This document shows, piece by piece, positions 60,531-60,721 of a stretch of 60,721 nucleotides of DNA. Each line of letters opens with the position of its first letter. Positions within the stretch are counted from its first letter, which is position 1. A model generated the notes under the pieces. It was given only the letters and a program-made list of their open reading frames with translations, was not told the DNA's origin and ran no database searches. The DNA comes from a virus (taxonomy: Duplodnaviria > Caudoviricetes), in the IMG/VR virus record IMGVR_UViG_3300042503_002233, positions 1 to 60,721 of that record; one strand, given 5' to 3'. The translations under genes and the position numbers were made by a program.

Positions 60531-60721
60531 ATGGCAGAAGAAGTAATTGACGTAGCGGACAGCCAGCAGGCCGTGCAAAGCACCGCCAATGAATTGCGCC
60601 AGACAATGGGCGCCGTCAAGTTGTCGTTCTCGTGGCTAGGCACCCAGCGCAAGCTGTCCGACACCCAGACTAAGCAGGCGGCCGACACTTTTCACGCCGC
60701 AACCGATCTGGTCACCGCTTC
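60531..60721 (+). CDS. Hypothetical protein, truncated by the window end
   Basis: AAGGA RBS; MAEEVIDVADSQQAVQSTANELRQTMGAVKLSFSWLGTQRKLSDTQTKQAADTF... open to the end. Confidence 0.65.
   Translation, partial: MAEEVIDVADSQQAVQSTANELRQTMGAVKLSFSWLGTQRKLSDTQTKQAADTFHAATDLVTA

Overview
This 60.7 kb window is a gene-dense piece of a large lytic-type tailed phage with a contractile tail (myovirus-like, probably jumbo). It is not ordinary bacterial chromosome. Bases ~1-40.7 kb form one co-directional (+) morphogenesis region. It encodes neck/tail-completion candidates, a 1185-aa tail sheath with inserted domains, a tail tube, a 963-aa spike-like protein, a tail-assembly-chaperone pair joined by an A_AAT_TTT -1 frameshift site, a 1672-aa tape measure, baseplate hub, gp25-like and J-like proteins, and a divergent sigma70-family factor embedded among the baseplate genes. 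It ends in an unusual appendage block: five paralogous genes (most Cys-rich), a 1519-aa protein of ~20 Cys/Pro-rich ~60-aa repeats ending in collagen, a second collagen protein and an Ig-like protein. Bases ~40.7-60.7 kb are an accessory/replication region. It encodes CsrA, a primase-like protein, an extremely acidic protein, an MSMEG_6728/EndoV-like protein, tRNA-Thr(UGU), a GNAT, DUF4314, DUF1360-like and DUF5664 (dATP/dGTP diphosphohydrolase) proteins, and a DUF1257-DUF2997-AAA ATPase module. Three minus-strand genes, including the large terminase, sit in this region with start codons overlapping or abutting those of the divergent + genes (CATG, CATG, CATATG). I recognised no capsid, portal, integrase or CRISPR array. 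A Planctomycetota-like host is only an inference. All product calls come from motif recognition and synteny, not database searches.
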